Shown in pieces: positions 1 through 11,426 of a DNA stretch of 64,000 nt. The notes beneath the pieces are model-generated. The model searched no databases. It saw nothing but the letters and a program-made list of their open reading frames with translations, and was not told the origin of the DNA. Position 1 is the first letter of the stretch. Every line of letters starts with the position of its first letter. The translations under genes and the position numbers were made by a program. Source of the stretch: Chlorokybus atmophyticus (lineage: Eukaryota; Plantae; Mesostigma and Chlorokybus algae); assembly GCA_009103225.1 (NCBI GenBank), contig RHPI01000193.1, positions 616,650 to 680,649 of the forward strand. Direction: 5' to 3'.

Positions 1-22
1 ACACACTTGCCCGCTGAAAGAT

Positions 23-2854
23 GTGCCGATTGCCACGGTGGCAGTGACAGCTGTTCCTTGTGCTACTCCAGTGTCTGCAAAGAGGGTTGCTGCTGCTGCT
101 TCTGATTGTAATGCACCAGCAAGGGCCATGCCCAATGCAACCCGCGAGTGGCTGCTGTCTCGACCCGGAGCTGTTGTCCGCCCATGCATGACCGTTGAAG
201 ACATAGCTTCGGACCTTGTCGACTTTGACATGCAATGCTTTCCTGGCGAGACGCCCGAGCCAGTGCAGACCCGAGGAAGGTCAGTGTGTGCAAACCGCTT
301 GTTGGTTGCCAGCATGCTTGTGCACGTTGTGGGCTGATTGGCAAATTACTTGACACACAGGCTGTCCATCTCTGAGCGAGTAGCTCGGAATGGCGTGCAT
401 GCCTTGTCCGAAGACTGTTTACTCACAGTGCTATCATCGCTTTCACCTGAAGATCTTGTAGCTGCAGGTGATTATTTGTGCATGAGCCTTTCGTGCATGT
501 ACCTTCAGCTGTTGCAACCCTAAGCTTTGTGTATTCTTGCAGGGTCTGTGTGCAAACGTTGGCAGGACTGCACAAGCAGGGTGTGGCAAGCTGTTACAGA
601 GGCGAAGCTTGTTGTTCCTGCTGAGGAGCTGGAGGGGCGCAGTCACGTGCGACGGTCGTCTTCATCTCTGCAACACATGCAGTTGTTCGTGCACAGATGT
701 CCCAACTTGACCAACCTTACCCTTCTCCTTGACAGGTATATTGCTGTCCTGTACGTGTCCTGATGCCATTGGTGTGAGCTTAACCTGCTATGACTGCTAA
801 GCGAGGATATCCCTTTGTGTGTGGCCGTTTGCCGAGCAAGGTGTACTCTGCCTAACAATATGCATGTGTTGCAGGCATTGCGCAGTCAACGACGTGTTCC
901 TGGCACAGCTGGCCTCTCTCAGACCAGGCCTACTGTCCTTTGATGTGCAGACGCGCATTGGAGCCGGCAACACAATCACAGGGTAAGTTCTAGCACAGAG
1001 TCATGCGCAGGTGCTGACGAATCACCTAGTTCATCGACAACGGACTCCTCACAGGATGGGACTTCAAGCCCTTGTCGACGGCTGCAAGAAGCTTCACACA
1101 CTGCAGGTCGATGGTTGCTCTGGAGTCAGCTCTGTACAGCTTTCATCCGATAGCTTGAAGACTCTGTGGCTTGGCAACTGCAGTGGCTTGGCACAGCTGG
1201 TGCGTAGGCTTGTAGAGGACAAACACTGTTGACATTGCAGGTTGATTTGATTGCATCACAGAGGCTGTATACAGAGTGGTTGGTAACTTACTTGACAAGG
1301 TGTTGCAGACGCTGCGATGCGAAAACCTTAAAGAGCTGGCCTTGGATTTCACGCCCCACCTTGACGACAGCAAGCCAGGTAGTTTTTCGTTGCTACCAGT
1401 TGCAAGTTCGTACACAGTCTCAACCGACACCTCTGCGTTGCAGTGTCGTCGCCAGGCTACACCATCCGAGTTCGTGCCCAGCTTGAGCACATCATGGGTC
1501 AGATTGCCGATAGCTGCCCGAGCCTGGTACGGCTTCAGGTCACTGCTCCCTTGCTTCATGATGGCGCTATTGAGGCGCTGCTCGATTGTGACATGAGGTA
1601 GGACATACTACAATCATGATCGATACATACACTGATTGTTTGGGTACTGTAATACCATAACCTCTTTGCCTGCAGCCACTTGCGAATGCTCTCCTTTGCA
1701 AACTGCCCTGCGTTGACTGATGAAGCTATCAAAGCGGTTGCCCACATCGTCGACAACCTCGAGTTGTTGGATGTCAGCGGGTAATGACATGTCTATGTTG
1801 TTTATGTATGTGTTGGTGTTTATGTTTGTTACATGCATGCAGCAAAACCCTAATGAAACGTTTATTGCAGGTGCAACAACTTATCTGATGATGCCTTGGA
1901 GCAAGTGCGGCAGGCGTATCATGGCACGTTGACGCACCTATATGTGGCACTGTGCCCTGAGATCACCATGGGTACGTGCGCGCGTGTGTGCATGCATGTC
2001 CACACAGACTCATCGTCGATAACAGAGCCCTAATCAGTGTTGCGATGTGTTCAATAGGTGGCATAGTGCGGATGGCCGAAGGCATGCAGTGCCTGCAGCT
2101 CCTCGACTGCGGCTTCTCGCTTGCCGACGAAGAGGACGTGTACTCAGCTCTCAGCCCCAGACGTATTTGTGCGCAAAGCACTCCAACAAAGCGCAGGCGC
2201 ACAGCACTCGACAGCATGCACCACACCGAGCAGGTACAAGCTTATACACGAATGTACACTTGCACATTGATAGTCATAGTCGTATGTGCAATCGTAAGTA
2301 CACGTGATCGTATATGCAAGTGGGATATGCAAGGACTTTGCGGTTACTCTGCTAGCCCAACAACACAAGGTCGTTTGGTAATTGAGCCCACTTGTCAGTG
2401 TGCTATGTGCGAGTCAGATTTGAGACATGCTTCTCTTGTTTACAAACAGGAGGACCAGAGCCCTAAGAAGTTCAAGGGAGAGATGCACGAGTCCACTCCG
2501 GATGGAAGCAGCAGCAGCATCTTCCATCTGAAGAGTCCGCAGTTGAGAAAGCTCAGTCTATGGGGCTGCAACAGGCTTCAGGGAGTTGAGCTGAACTGCC
2601 CGAGTCTAGTCGACCTCAACGTGACATCGTGCACGGGCATTGAGCCCGGAAGAGTAGTCCTGCGCTGCCCGAAGCTCAAGCATCTCTTTGCGGCCTCCTG
2701 TCAGCCGCGCGTAGTGGACCAGTTTCGGCTGCAAGCCAACACCAGAAGTAATAAAAGAGTGCGTGCCGACATCCTTCAGGCTGAAAGCCCCATGCACTCC
2801 AAAGGCAATAATTCAGCTATCCATGACAGCAAGCCGTGCAAAATTCACACCTGA
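23..2854 (+). CDS. FBL17: F-box/LRR-repeat protein, FBL17-like (multi-exon; 5' end uncertain)
   Basis: F-box exon (LSEDCLLTVLSSLSPEDLVAAG..VCKRW), several LRR exons with GT-AG borders, and a C-terminal exon LRKLSLWGCNRLQGVELNCPSLVDLNVTSC...LRCPKLKHLFAASCQ that resembles the plant FBL17 C-terminus as recalled. Confidence 0.75.
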
Positions 2855-3428
2855 AAGAGTTTCTCAATGCGGCTCTCCGGCCTGCAGTCAACCATCAAAG
2901 ATATCTGGCCGAGGTATATAGAACGCAGGTACAAAGACACATACACACAAGCCCACCATTCTTTTGTCGTGTACATTACCGTACCCCCATCAGCAACGCT
3001 CCAGTCCAGCACCGCTGCCATAAGTACAGTAGACAATCAGCATGCGCATGTGAGGCTTTTCTGTCATTGGAAAACCCCATGACATGCGGTACCATAAGAC
3101 ATTATTAGGTAAGCCAGCAGCAGCAGCCACGCGCTGGCTAGTAGAGAGAGTACAAACATAATGTGACATGAGTCTTGACTGGCACGCAACCCGTCAATTC
3201 TGTTGCACGCATACAATACAGCGATGTTAATCCTTTCCACCAGCCTTGCTTGTGCTGTGTTATCGCACGCTGCGTGCTGTGCAGCAGCTCGTTGCATCTG
3301 GTCACACCTATGTACTATCTTAAGAGAGTTGATATGCCCGTGCTGCAGCCGCGTTGGTATTTACCATTTTGCTTAATTACCAAGACATTTCTCGACGACA
3401 AGCCTGAGCTCTGCAGTCAGTGTCAAGC

Positions 3429-4413
3429 TTAAAGATTCATTATCTTGGATTTATCATTTTGGATATCAGGGTGTTTCGGTGACCAATGATCGGATTGTGC
3501 ACTTCCAATGTACAGCAAGAAACACAAAGTCTTCTTTTTCCCATGCTTTGCACGGGCCTTCAGAAACAATTTGAACTCTGTCGCTCTACCTAGCAAGTCG
3601 ACAGTATTCCAGGCGTGCCCACGTTCTTCTTCACATGGTACCAACACCACTCTGGAGAACCTTTCGCGTAGAATGGGATCAATGCTTTCAGCGCGTTTTG
3701 TAGCATCACACCACCAAATTTCGCGAGATTTGTACCACATTCAACAATCTTCACGTCCATGACATCGTCTGGACCGAGAACTTGAGCATTCACCAACCGA
3801 TTAAGGGCTCGCATGCTGTGGTATGTGTGCGACAGTGCATCGCTCGTCATATGCGTCTCATGCGATGTCAAAGAGTCCCTCATGGCACGCAAGCGCTGTA
3901 CATCCGCATAAACAACAGCGCTTTATGCGGATGTACAGCGCTTGCGTGCCATGAGGGATTCTTTGACATCGCATGAGACGCATATGACGAGCGATGCACT
4001 GTCGCACACATACCACAGCATGCGAGCCCTTAATCGGTTGGTGAATGCTCAAGTTCTCGATCCAGACGACGTCATGGATGTGAAGATTGTTGTACATCCG
4101 CATAAATAAGACGATACACCTTGCTACTGTCAATGCTTGGCAGATCGCAAATACCCCCTTCTGTTGGAGCAATGCCATCTTCGACAACACCCAGACAGTT
4201 GTTTCTGGTCAACCAGTCGGTGAAACCCCTTGCGGTGCGAAATGTCCATGTGGACTCAACCCCATCTGCGTCTACCAACCGCATGGTCCTTGCCTCCCGC
4301 TCTGGAGCACGTACCACCAACGGATGCGCTGCACTGCCTACATCTGCGCTTACACATGCAATGCACGTATCAGTCACACGTGATTGATTGCTTGCTTGCA
4401 ACTGCATGACCAT
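3429..4413 (-). pseudogene. Disrupted ORF of unknown family, interrupted by an inverted duplication
   Basis: ORF 4413-4072 (...KVYRLIYADVQ) joins in frame to ORF 3892-3590 (RLRAMRDSLTSHE...) when the segment between the two copies of tgtacatccgcataaa (3897-3912 and 4091-4106) is removed; a further frame (3740-3429) may be the C-terminus. Confidence 0.55.
3742..4092. repeat. Long inverted repeat / fold-back (171-bp arms, 9-nt loop)
   Basis: 3742-3912 is the reverse complement of 3922-4092 with 4 transition mismatches seen by eye; loop caacagcgc at 3913-3921. Confidence 0.95.
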
Positions 4414-5304
4414 TTGTGCTACAACTAACCTTTCTCGAGCAGCTCTTGTGCTGTGCCCTCGGTCAATAGCTTGCCATCAGCATAGGCCTAACGTAACACA
4501 TAAGCAAGTGTTTGAGCATGGCACAACAACCATACCGCCGTCCTGCACTACACGTGCAACACCGTGTGTGCTCGCACCTCTAGGACGGAGTACTGTCTAG
4601 TTGCCTTCTCGAGGAATGTCCCCGATGCTGCAAGCTGACAAATTTTTTGTATATTGGCCTGTTGAGGCACATAAATGCCGGCAGCGGGACTGTGGGAATA
4701 CTGCAGACGCACCCACATCACCACCTTGACCTCTGATCCTCTGCACAGCAACATGAGCCACGCATGAGCTCTAGTGCGTGCTTATGTAAATGCAGCTGGA
4801 GCAACCCTGGCATATGCAAGTTAAAGCCAGGGAATTGCAAGACATCATACCCATTGTGTTGCGGTCCCGCGGCTGCCCGCACCAGCTGCCGCCTGTGTGG
4901 ATGACTGGCCTTAGTGCTGTTGCAACAGGCTGGAGAGTTGCATGGCTCATTCAACTCAGAAAGCACCGCACAAATGCATGCAATCTATACAACTCATGTT
5001 CACCTGTAGGGCGAACGCAGGCGTGGCTGCGCAGCGCTGCGACCAGTTGCAGCTGCAGCCACCATCACTTGGCCATCCTGAACTCCAACTTGAACATGAG
5101 TCAATCAGCATGCATGTGGTTGGTGCCTTGTGGCCTGCACTATTCTCTGCATCTGCTGTGTTGCACGTGCGCGCAAGACACAACAAAAGCAGAGCATGCG
5201 TAGGCTTGCAGTACAAATAGACCAACACATACGCGAAGCAATGTGCATTGGATACTGGTCAACATACATGTCAGTGAATGTAGTACTCCTATTATCTAGC
5301 TTAC

Positions 5305-5652
5305 CACGCCCTCAAGGGCAGGCTTCACCAAGAAGCTGTTCTGTCCACGCCAGCCATAGCAGACAACTCCTGTGCATGGTTTACGGCCTTAGCACCATGC
5401 AAGCCCAGCTGCAATGACCCACTGACACGCAAATTTCCCGCAGGCGTCATGAACAATAAATAGAGTCATGCCAATTCTTGTATGCAATCAGCTAAACTCT
5501 AGCTGCGCAGAGCATGCCAAACAGCAGCAGTTGCCAGCGTGCAGTACTGATTCCAAATGCAGTGCACTTGTTCCGAGACAGCTGTGTTATCCAGAACATC
5601 ACAGCAAGCAAGCAAGCCGGCATTCACCTTGCTTATCTGTGGCTGCAGCCAT
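5305..5652 (-). pseudogene. Degenerate paralog of the DUF4380-like gene at 19650 (exons 1-3)
   Basis: Minus strand ATG GCT GCA GCC ACA GAT AAG CAA G|gtgaat (MAAATDKQ) matches MAVATEKK|gt at 19650. The exon 2 remnant has an in-frame stop (ARV*LIAYKNWHDSI) and exon 3 has a deletion. Upstream similarity continues to ~6000 versus ~19340-19650. Confidence 0.75.
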
Positions 5653-6190
5653 GCCAATTGCCGCGGTGAGCTGTTGGCAAGGTGGCAGAGCCAGCCCTGG
5701 CAAGAACCTTCGCAAGAAGCAAACTGTATGCACCAAAGCGCAAAGCGTTCCGTTCTAAGCACTCCATGCACATGCACAAGCGCAGGGCCAAGCACAAACC
5801 TTAGCTCAAGCTCAAGCGCTCCAAGTACATGACCAAAGACTGACGTTGACAACGACAACCACCTGGGCGCTTGAGGCAGCAGCGAGCGGCCACACCCTTG
5901 AAAGCGACGCCAGCAGCAGCATTGGTCTTGGCCAGAACTACGCTACCAGCAGCAGCGGAACCCATCACTGACGCCATCGCCGCCCACCACACCGCCAAGC
6001 ACCCTGAGCACCCTGAGCAGGGCAATAGCGTTCATCCAAGCTTCTGCCGCGAGATCGACGCCACGCTCAATATTGCCGTCTCGTTGATATCCGCGCAGGC
6101 AGTGTTACTGCTTGCGCGGAAATCACTTACAGCTTCATTGTTAAACCTGCAACGGTGTTGTTAGATGTACCAAGGCGTAACTGGTCAGTG

Positions 6191-7008
6191 TGTGAGTGCC
6201 TAACTAATGGACTAACCGAGTTAATGGCCCCACACTGTAGATATCTGACCTACTGCCTATGTAGGTCCCTCAAAGCCTCTATATCAAGCCGCGCCCCACT
6301 GGAAGCGTTGGAGACTTACCCCCTAGGGCTAGGCGCCGGGTCTTACCCCCTAGCACACCAGTTAACGGGGAAGAATATGGACCTTTTTCCTTATTTGCTC
6401 CTTCATGCATTAGAATGCATTTACTTTTATAGCCACGTTTCCTAGTTATCTTTATTTCTTTCATGCATTGGACAGCCATTTAGCCTTTTAAGATCAGTGA
6501 TAGGCATAGTATAAAAGGCAGTCTCATTTCCATTTCATTTCGTGCTTCGAGCAGTTGCTCAAGTTGCACCCCTGCTAATACAAGTCCTTTGTGACAAGTG
6601 TGTTGCTTGTATATTTGCATGCGCGTGTGAGTGACACTGTGCATGTTGTTGTGCTCATTTTGCATATTTTTATGCATATATTTGAGCTGCTTATTATTGT
6701 GGGGATGTGGTTCGGACGGTCCAGATCTTCTGGACTTTGATCCAGCGGCTCTATTCTTGTCTACATCGTCCAGCCTATCAGAAGGCTGGATTCGGTAATG
6801 CGCGCGAGTTCCGCGCGTTTGTCGGTCCTCGACCGGACTCTGCCGGTCGCGCCGGCGTCCTTTGATCATTTGATCATTTGAGCTTCATAAACGCTTATTT
6901 AGGTAAGTGTTTGAGGGATTCTTGCCCTCTATTCTCTTAGCTCTTATCCTTACTACCATACCACAGAGGGTGGGTTCACAGGGTTTCTGTGGACGGCCCC
7001 TCACTTCC
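6191..7008 (+). repeat. 5' LTR (LTR1, 818 bp)
   Basis: Near-identical to 10498-11315 and 18300-19117; starts TGTGAG; followed directly by the PBS. Confidence 0.95.
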
Positions 7009-7020
7009 TGGTATCGGAGC
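7009..7020 (+). promoter_or_regulatory. Primer-binding site for initiator tRNA-Met (second copy at 11316-11327)
   Basis: TGGTATCGGAGC versus the canonical plant TGGTATCAGAGC; the single difference allows a G:U pair. Confidence 0.85.
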
Positions 7021-7119
7021 AAGTCTCGCCTACGCCAATCGGGCGTGAAAACATTCAAAATCCTGTGGGGGGGTTTATTACAATTGTAATAAATCCTTTG
7101 GGCCTATCATATCAGTACA

Positions 7120-10100
7120 ATGAGTACAAATAGCAACAGCGGGGCTTCCATCAATGACAATCCCAACCCTCAAGAAATTAAGGAGGATACCGACAGTGTG
7201 CATAGTGTTGCAGTTGCTACTACCGGTAATCCTGCCCCGAGAGCAGCACCTATCGTGCCTAAATTGGCACAAAGGAAGTTTCCGACGCCAACATTAATGA
7301 CCTTTTCGGGGAAGTCCCACGAAGATGTTGGTCGATAGATTTCACACTTCAACCGTTCTGCGCGGTTATATCAGTGGTCTGAGGATGAGAAGTTTGATTT
7401 AGCGACCACATACTTGCGCGATGGCGCACAAGAATGGTTTGACCATGCTGATTGTGATACTTGGGGACAATTTGAGAAGGCATTACGCGTGCGCTTTGAC
7501 ACCGATGATCCCAATGTGTGGACGACGAAACTGAATAGTCGTAAACAAGAAATTGGTGAATCAGTGCAAACATACGCAGATGGTGTACAAGTCCTCATAG
7601 ATAAACTCGGTGGGAAAACCTTCCCCGCAGCGTGGCGCAAGGTACGCTTTATTCAAGGACTTCTCCCTCACCTACATGAAAAGGTGACTGCACGCATACC
7701 GGAAACCTTTGAGGATGCATTACGGGATGCGATATACTTTGAGTCCGTAGCCTTTATTCAACAGCAAACAAAGGCTAAAGACAAAGATAAGGTTAATGCC
7801 GTAGAAGCACGTGATCCGGCGTATAATGCACTTGAGAAAAAGGTTGATAACCTTACTCATAAGCTTGAGCAATTAGTGAACTCTCACACCCAAATGGTGA
7901 AGCAAACCAAGTACTCCGAGTACAAAAGCAGTGACAAACCCGAGTCAAGCTATAATGGTGCTAAGAAAAACTTCAACAGAAGCAACCTGCACTGCACATA
8001 TTGTGACAAACCGGGTCACACTGCAGGAGGATGCTTCATCAAAGAGAGGGATGATTTGCGCAAGCAAGTGCACAACAGTTCCTCACAGCGGCAAGTGCAG
8101 ACAGTAAGTTTGCAAGACTTGGTCACTGAGGACAATGCCTTTGCAATAACAAGTTCTACCTTAAGTGGGAAGGTCTTTATACCTCCCAAAGCTGAGGTGA
8201 GGGCAAGTGTGTCACAAGTTGACATTACAGATGTACCGAATGTACAAGTACCTAAAGGTGCTAAATACAATGTGATCGAACAGTTGGACAATATGACAGC
8301 TAAAATCTCAATCAAGCAATTGCTCAAGGTTAGCCCTGAGTATCGTCAACAATTGCTCGATTACTTACATGGGTTGGCCAATGAAACTGATGGTATCAAA
8401 ACCACAGAGTTTCCCAGCCCTATTGCCACCATGGCTGTGCTCTACAAAAATACACTAGCAATGGTTCACGTCAGTGGCCATGAGTTGGAAGCTGTCGTAG
8501 ACTCTGGTGCGGCATGCACCGTAATGGGCATTGCGACTGCTCGCAAGCTTGGGCTTGACAAAATAATGCAAGCCACAACGCGCACTATGCGCGTAGCCAA
8601 CGGACAGGAATGTTCCTTCCTCGGCACATTGCCACAGCATAACATCACAATTGGCAATGTGACACGAGCAGTGGACATAGAAATAAGTCCATCATTGGAC
8701 TACAATCTGTTAATTGGTACAAACTGGCTGCATAAAGCCGGTGCGAAGTTGGATTATTCAACCCAACAAATGACATTTGCATGTAAGCCACATGGCAAGA
8801 GTGTTGAAGTCGACTTACACTTCACGTATGAGCCTGCATTGACTTGTTCGGTGGCTGCAACTTCGCGCGAACATCGCGCACATACCGCTTGTGATATTGC
8901 AAACACACAATTTAAAGTGTCAAACACATTGACACCTGATGAACAACAACGGTTAATGGTACTGTTGAAATCCAACACAGACAACTTTGCCAAAAAGTGG
9001 GACCCTCTCTCTCACACACCTTTAGTCAAGCATGTCATTGACACAGGTGATGCAAAGCCTATCAAACAGAGACCTTACCGTTTGTCGTTGATAGAACGCA
9101 AGCAGGTCAACGAAGAAGTTGAGAAAATGCTCAATGCAAACATCATTCGCCCTTCCAATAGTCCGTGGGCCTCACCCGTGGTGATGGTGCCAAAGCCGGA
9201 TGGAAGTATACGCTTCTGTATTGACTATCGCAAGCTAAACGCTGTGTCAAAAAAAGACGTGTACCCACTTCCGCGCTGCGATGATGTGTTGGAAAAAGTG
9301 GGCAATGCCAAGTTCTTTTCAAGCTTGGATGCTTTGCAAGGATATTGGCAAGTACTTGTCAAAGAAAATGATAAAGAAAAAACAGCCTTTGCCACACATG
9401 ATGGCTTGTACGAGTGGAATTGTATGCCATTCGGGTTAACCAATGCCCCGGCAACATTTCAACGCTTGATGAACGAAGTGCTCAAGAACTACATCGGTGA
9501 TTTTGTCACTGTGTACTTGGATGATATACTCATCTTCTCAAACACTTATGAAGAGCATCTCGAACACTTGGAAAAAGTGTTTGCTGTATTGCAAAAGGCA
9601 GTCATCAAGTTGAATGCACAAAATTGCTTATTTGCAATGACAGAAGTTAAGCACTTAGGTCACCATGTGTCTGTGGCAGGCACACTACCTCAACTTGAAA
9701 AGGTTGAAGCTGTGCGCAATTGGTCCGCACCTGAGAGTGTGACACAAGTCAGGTCTTTTCTCGGGTTGGCCTCATATTACAGACGGTTCATTCCCAACTT
9801 TGCACAAATTGCGCAACCATTGCATGACCTCACCAAAAAGGGGTTAGACTTTAAGTGGGGGCCGGAACAACAGCAAGCATTTGATGCGCTCAAGCTAAGC
9901 CTCACCACAGCGCCTGTGTTGGTCAGACCTAACCCAAACAAACCATTTTTCTTGATGACTGATGCTTCAGACTTTGCACTTGGTGCGGTACTAGCACAGT
10001 ACACAGATGATGGCAAAGAACAAGTCATTGCGTATGCGAGCAGATCGCTCAACTCCGCAGAGAAAAACTACAGTGTCTCCGAAAAGGAGTGCTTGGCCAT

Positions 10101-10496
10101 TGTGTGGGGTGTCTTAATGTGGAGAGTGTACTTACATGGCAACAAGTTCACTGTACTCACAGACCATCACTCTCTGAAGTGGTTGATGACCACCAAGGAT
10201 TTCACAGGTCGGCTTGCCCGATGGGCCCTGAAATTGCAGCAATATGACTTTGACATTCAGTACCGTCCTGGTGACAAGAATGGCAATGTGGATGCACTAA
10301 GCCGCATGCCTGTCTCAGACCCAAAAATACCGCCACTGATGCCAGCGACAATGGTACTCACCGTGGGGGCAGTTGAAGCTCAGGTGAGCTTCGGTCTCAC
10401 AAGGGAGGAGCTCACTGATAGCTCAGACTCATACTCTCATTTGAGTGATGAAGTTGAGAAATTTTTCGCAACTCCAAGTGAGATAGGCGTAACTTC
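7120..10496 (+). pseudogene. Truncated gag-PR-RT-RH copy (no integrase), ends at an N
   Basis: Matches 11427-14803 at offset 4307, including the TAG at 7336-7338; breaks off at n10497. Confidence 0.9.
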
Positions 10497-10497
10497 N

Positions 10498-11315
10498 TGT
10501 GAGTGCCTAACTAATGGACTAACCGAGTTAATGGCCCCACACTATAGATATCTGACCTACTGCCTATGTAGGTCCCTCAAAGCCTCTATATCAAGCCGCG
10601 CCCCACTGGAAGCGTTGGAGACTTACCCCCTAGGGCTAGGCGCCGGGTCTTACCCCCTAGCACACCAGTTAACGGGGAAGAATATGGACCTTTTTCCTTA
10701 TTTGCTCCTTCATGCATTAGAATGCATTTACTTTTATAGCCACGTTTCCTAGTTATCTTTATTTCTTTCATGCATTGGACAGCCATTTAGCCTTTTAAGA
10801 TCAGTGATAGGCATAGTATAAAAGGCAGTCTCATTTCCATTTCATTTCGTGCTTCGAGCAGTTGCTCAAGTTGCACCCCTGCTAATACAAGTCCTTTGTG
10901 ACAAGTGTGTTGCTTGTATATTTGCATGCGCGTGTGAGTGACACTGTGCATGTTGTTGTGCTCATTTTGCATATTTTTATGCATATATTTGAGCTGCTTA
11001 TTATTGTGGGGATGTGGTTCGGACGGTCCAGATCTTCTGAACTTTGATCCAGCGGCTCTATTCTTGTCTACATCGTCCAGCCTATCAGAAGGCTGGATTC
11101 GGTAATGCGCGCGAGTTCCGCGCGTTTGTCGGTCCTCGACCGGACTCTGCCGGTCGCGCCGGCGTCCTTTGATCATTTGATCATTTGAGCTTCATAAACG
11201 CTTATTTAGGTAAGTGTTTGAGGGATTCTTGCCCTCTATTCTCTTAGCTCTTATCCTTACTACCATACCACAGAGGGTGGGTTCACAGGGTTTCTGTGGA
11301 CGGCCCCTCACTTCC
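10498..11315 (+). repeat. Middle LTR (LTR2)
   Basis: LTR1 + 4307; differs from LTR1 at 10544 (A vs G) and 11040 (A vs G); starts immediately after n10497. Confidence 0.95.
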
Positions 11316-11426
11316 TGGTATCGGAGCAAGTCTCGCCTACGCCAATCGGGCGTGAAAACATTCAAAATCCTGTGGGGGGGTTTATTACAATTGTAATAAA
11401 TCCTTTGGGCCTATCATATCAGTACA

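Noticed and set aside
6480-6869. 129-aa antisense ORF repeated in all three LTRs
   Set aside because: Recurs only because the LTRs are near-identical; no recognisable domain and partly intron-like composition.
10497-10752. Apparent C-terminal extension of the 1112-aa Pol ORF
   Set aside because: Read-through across the N into LTR2.
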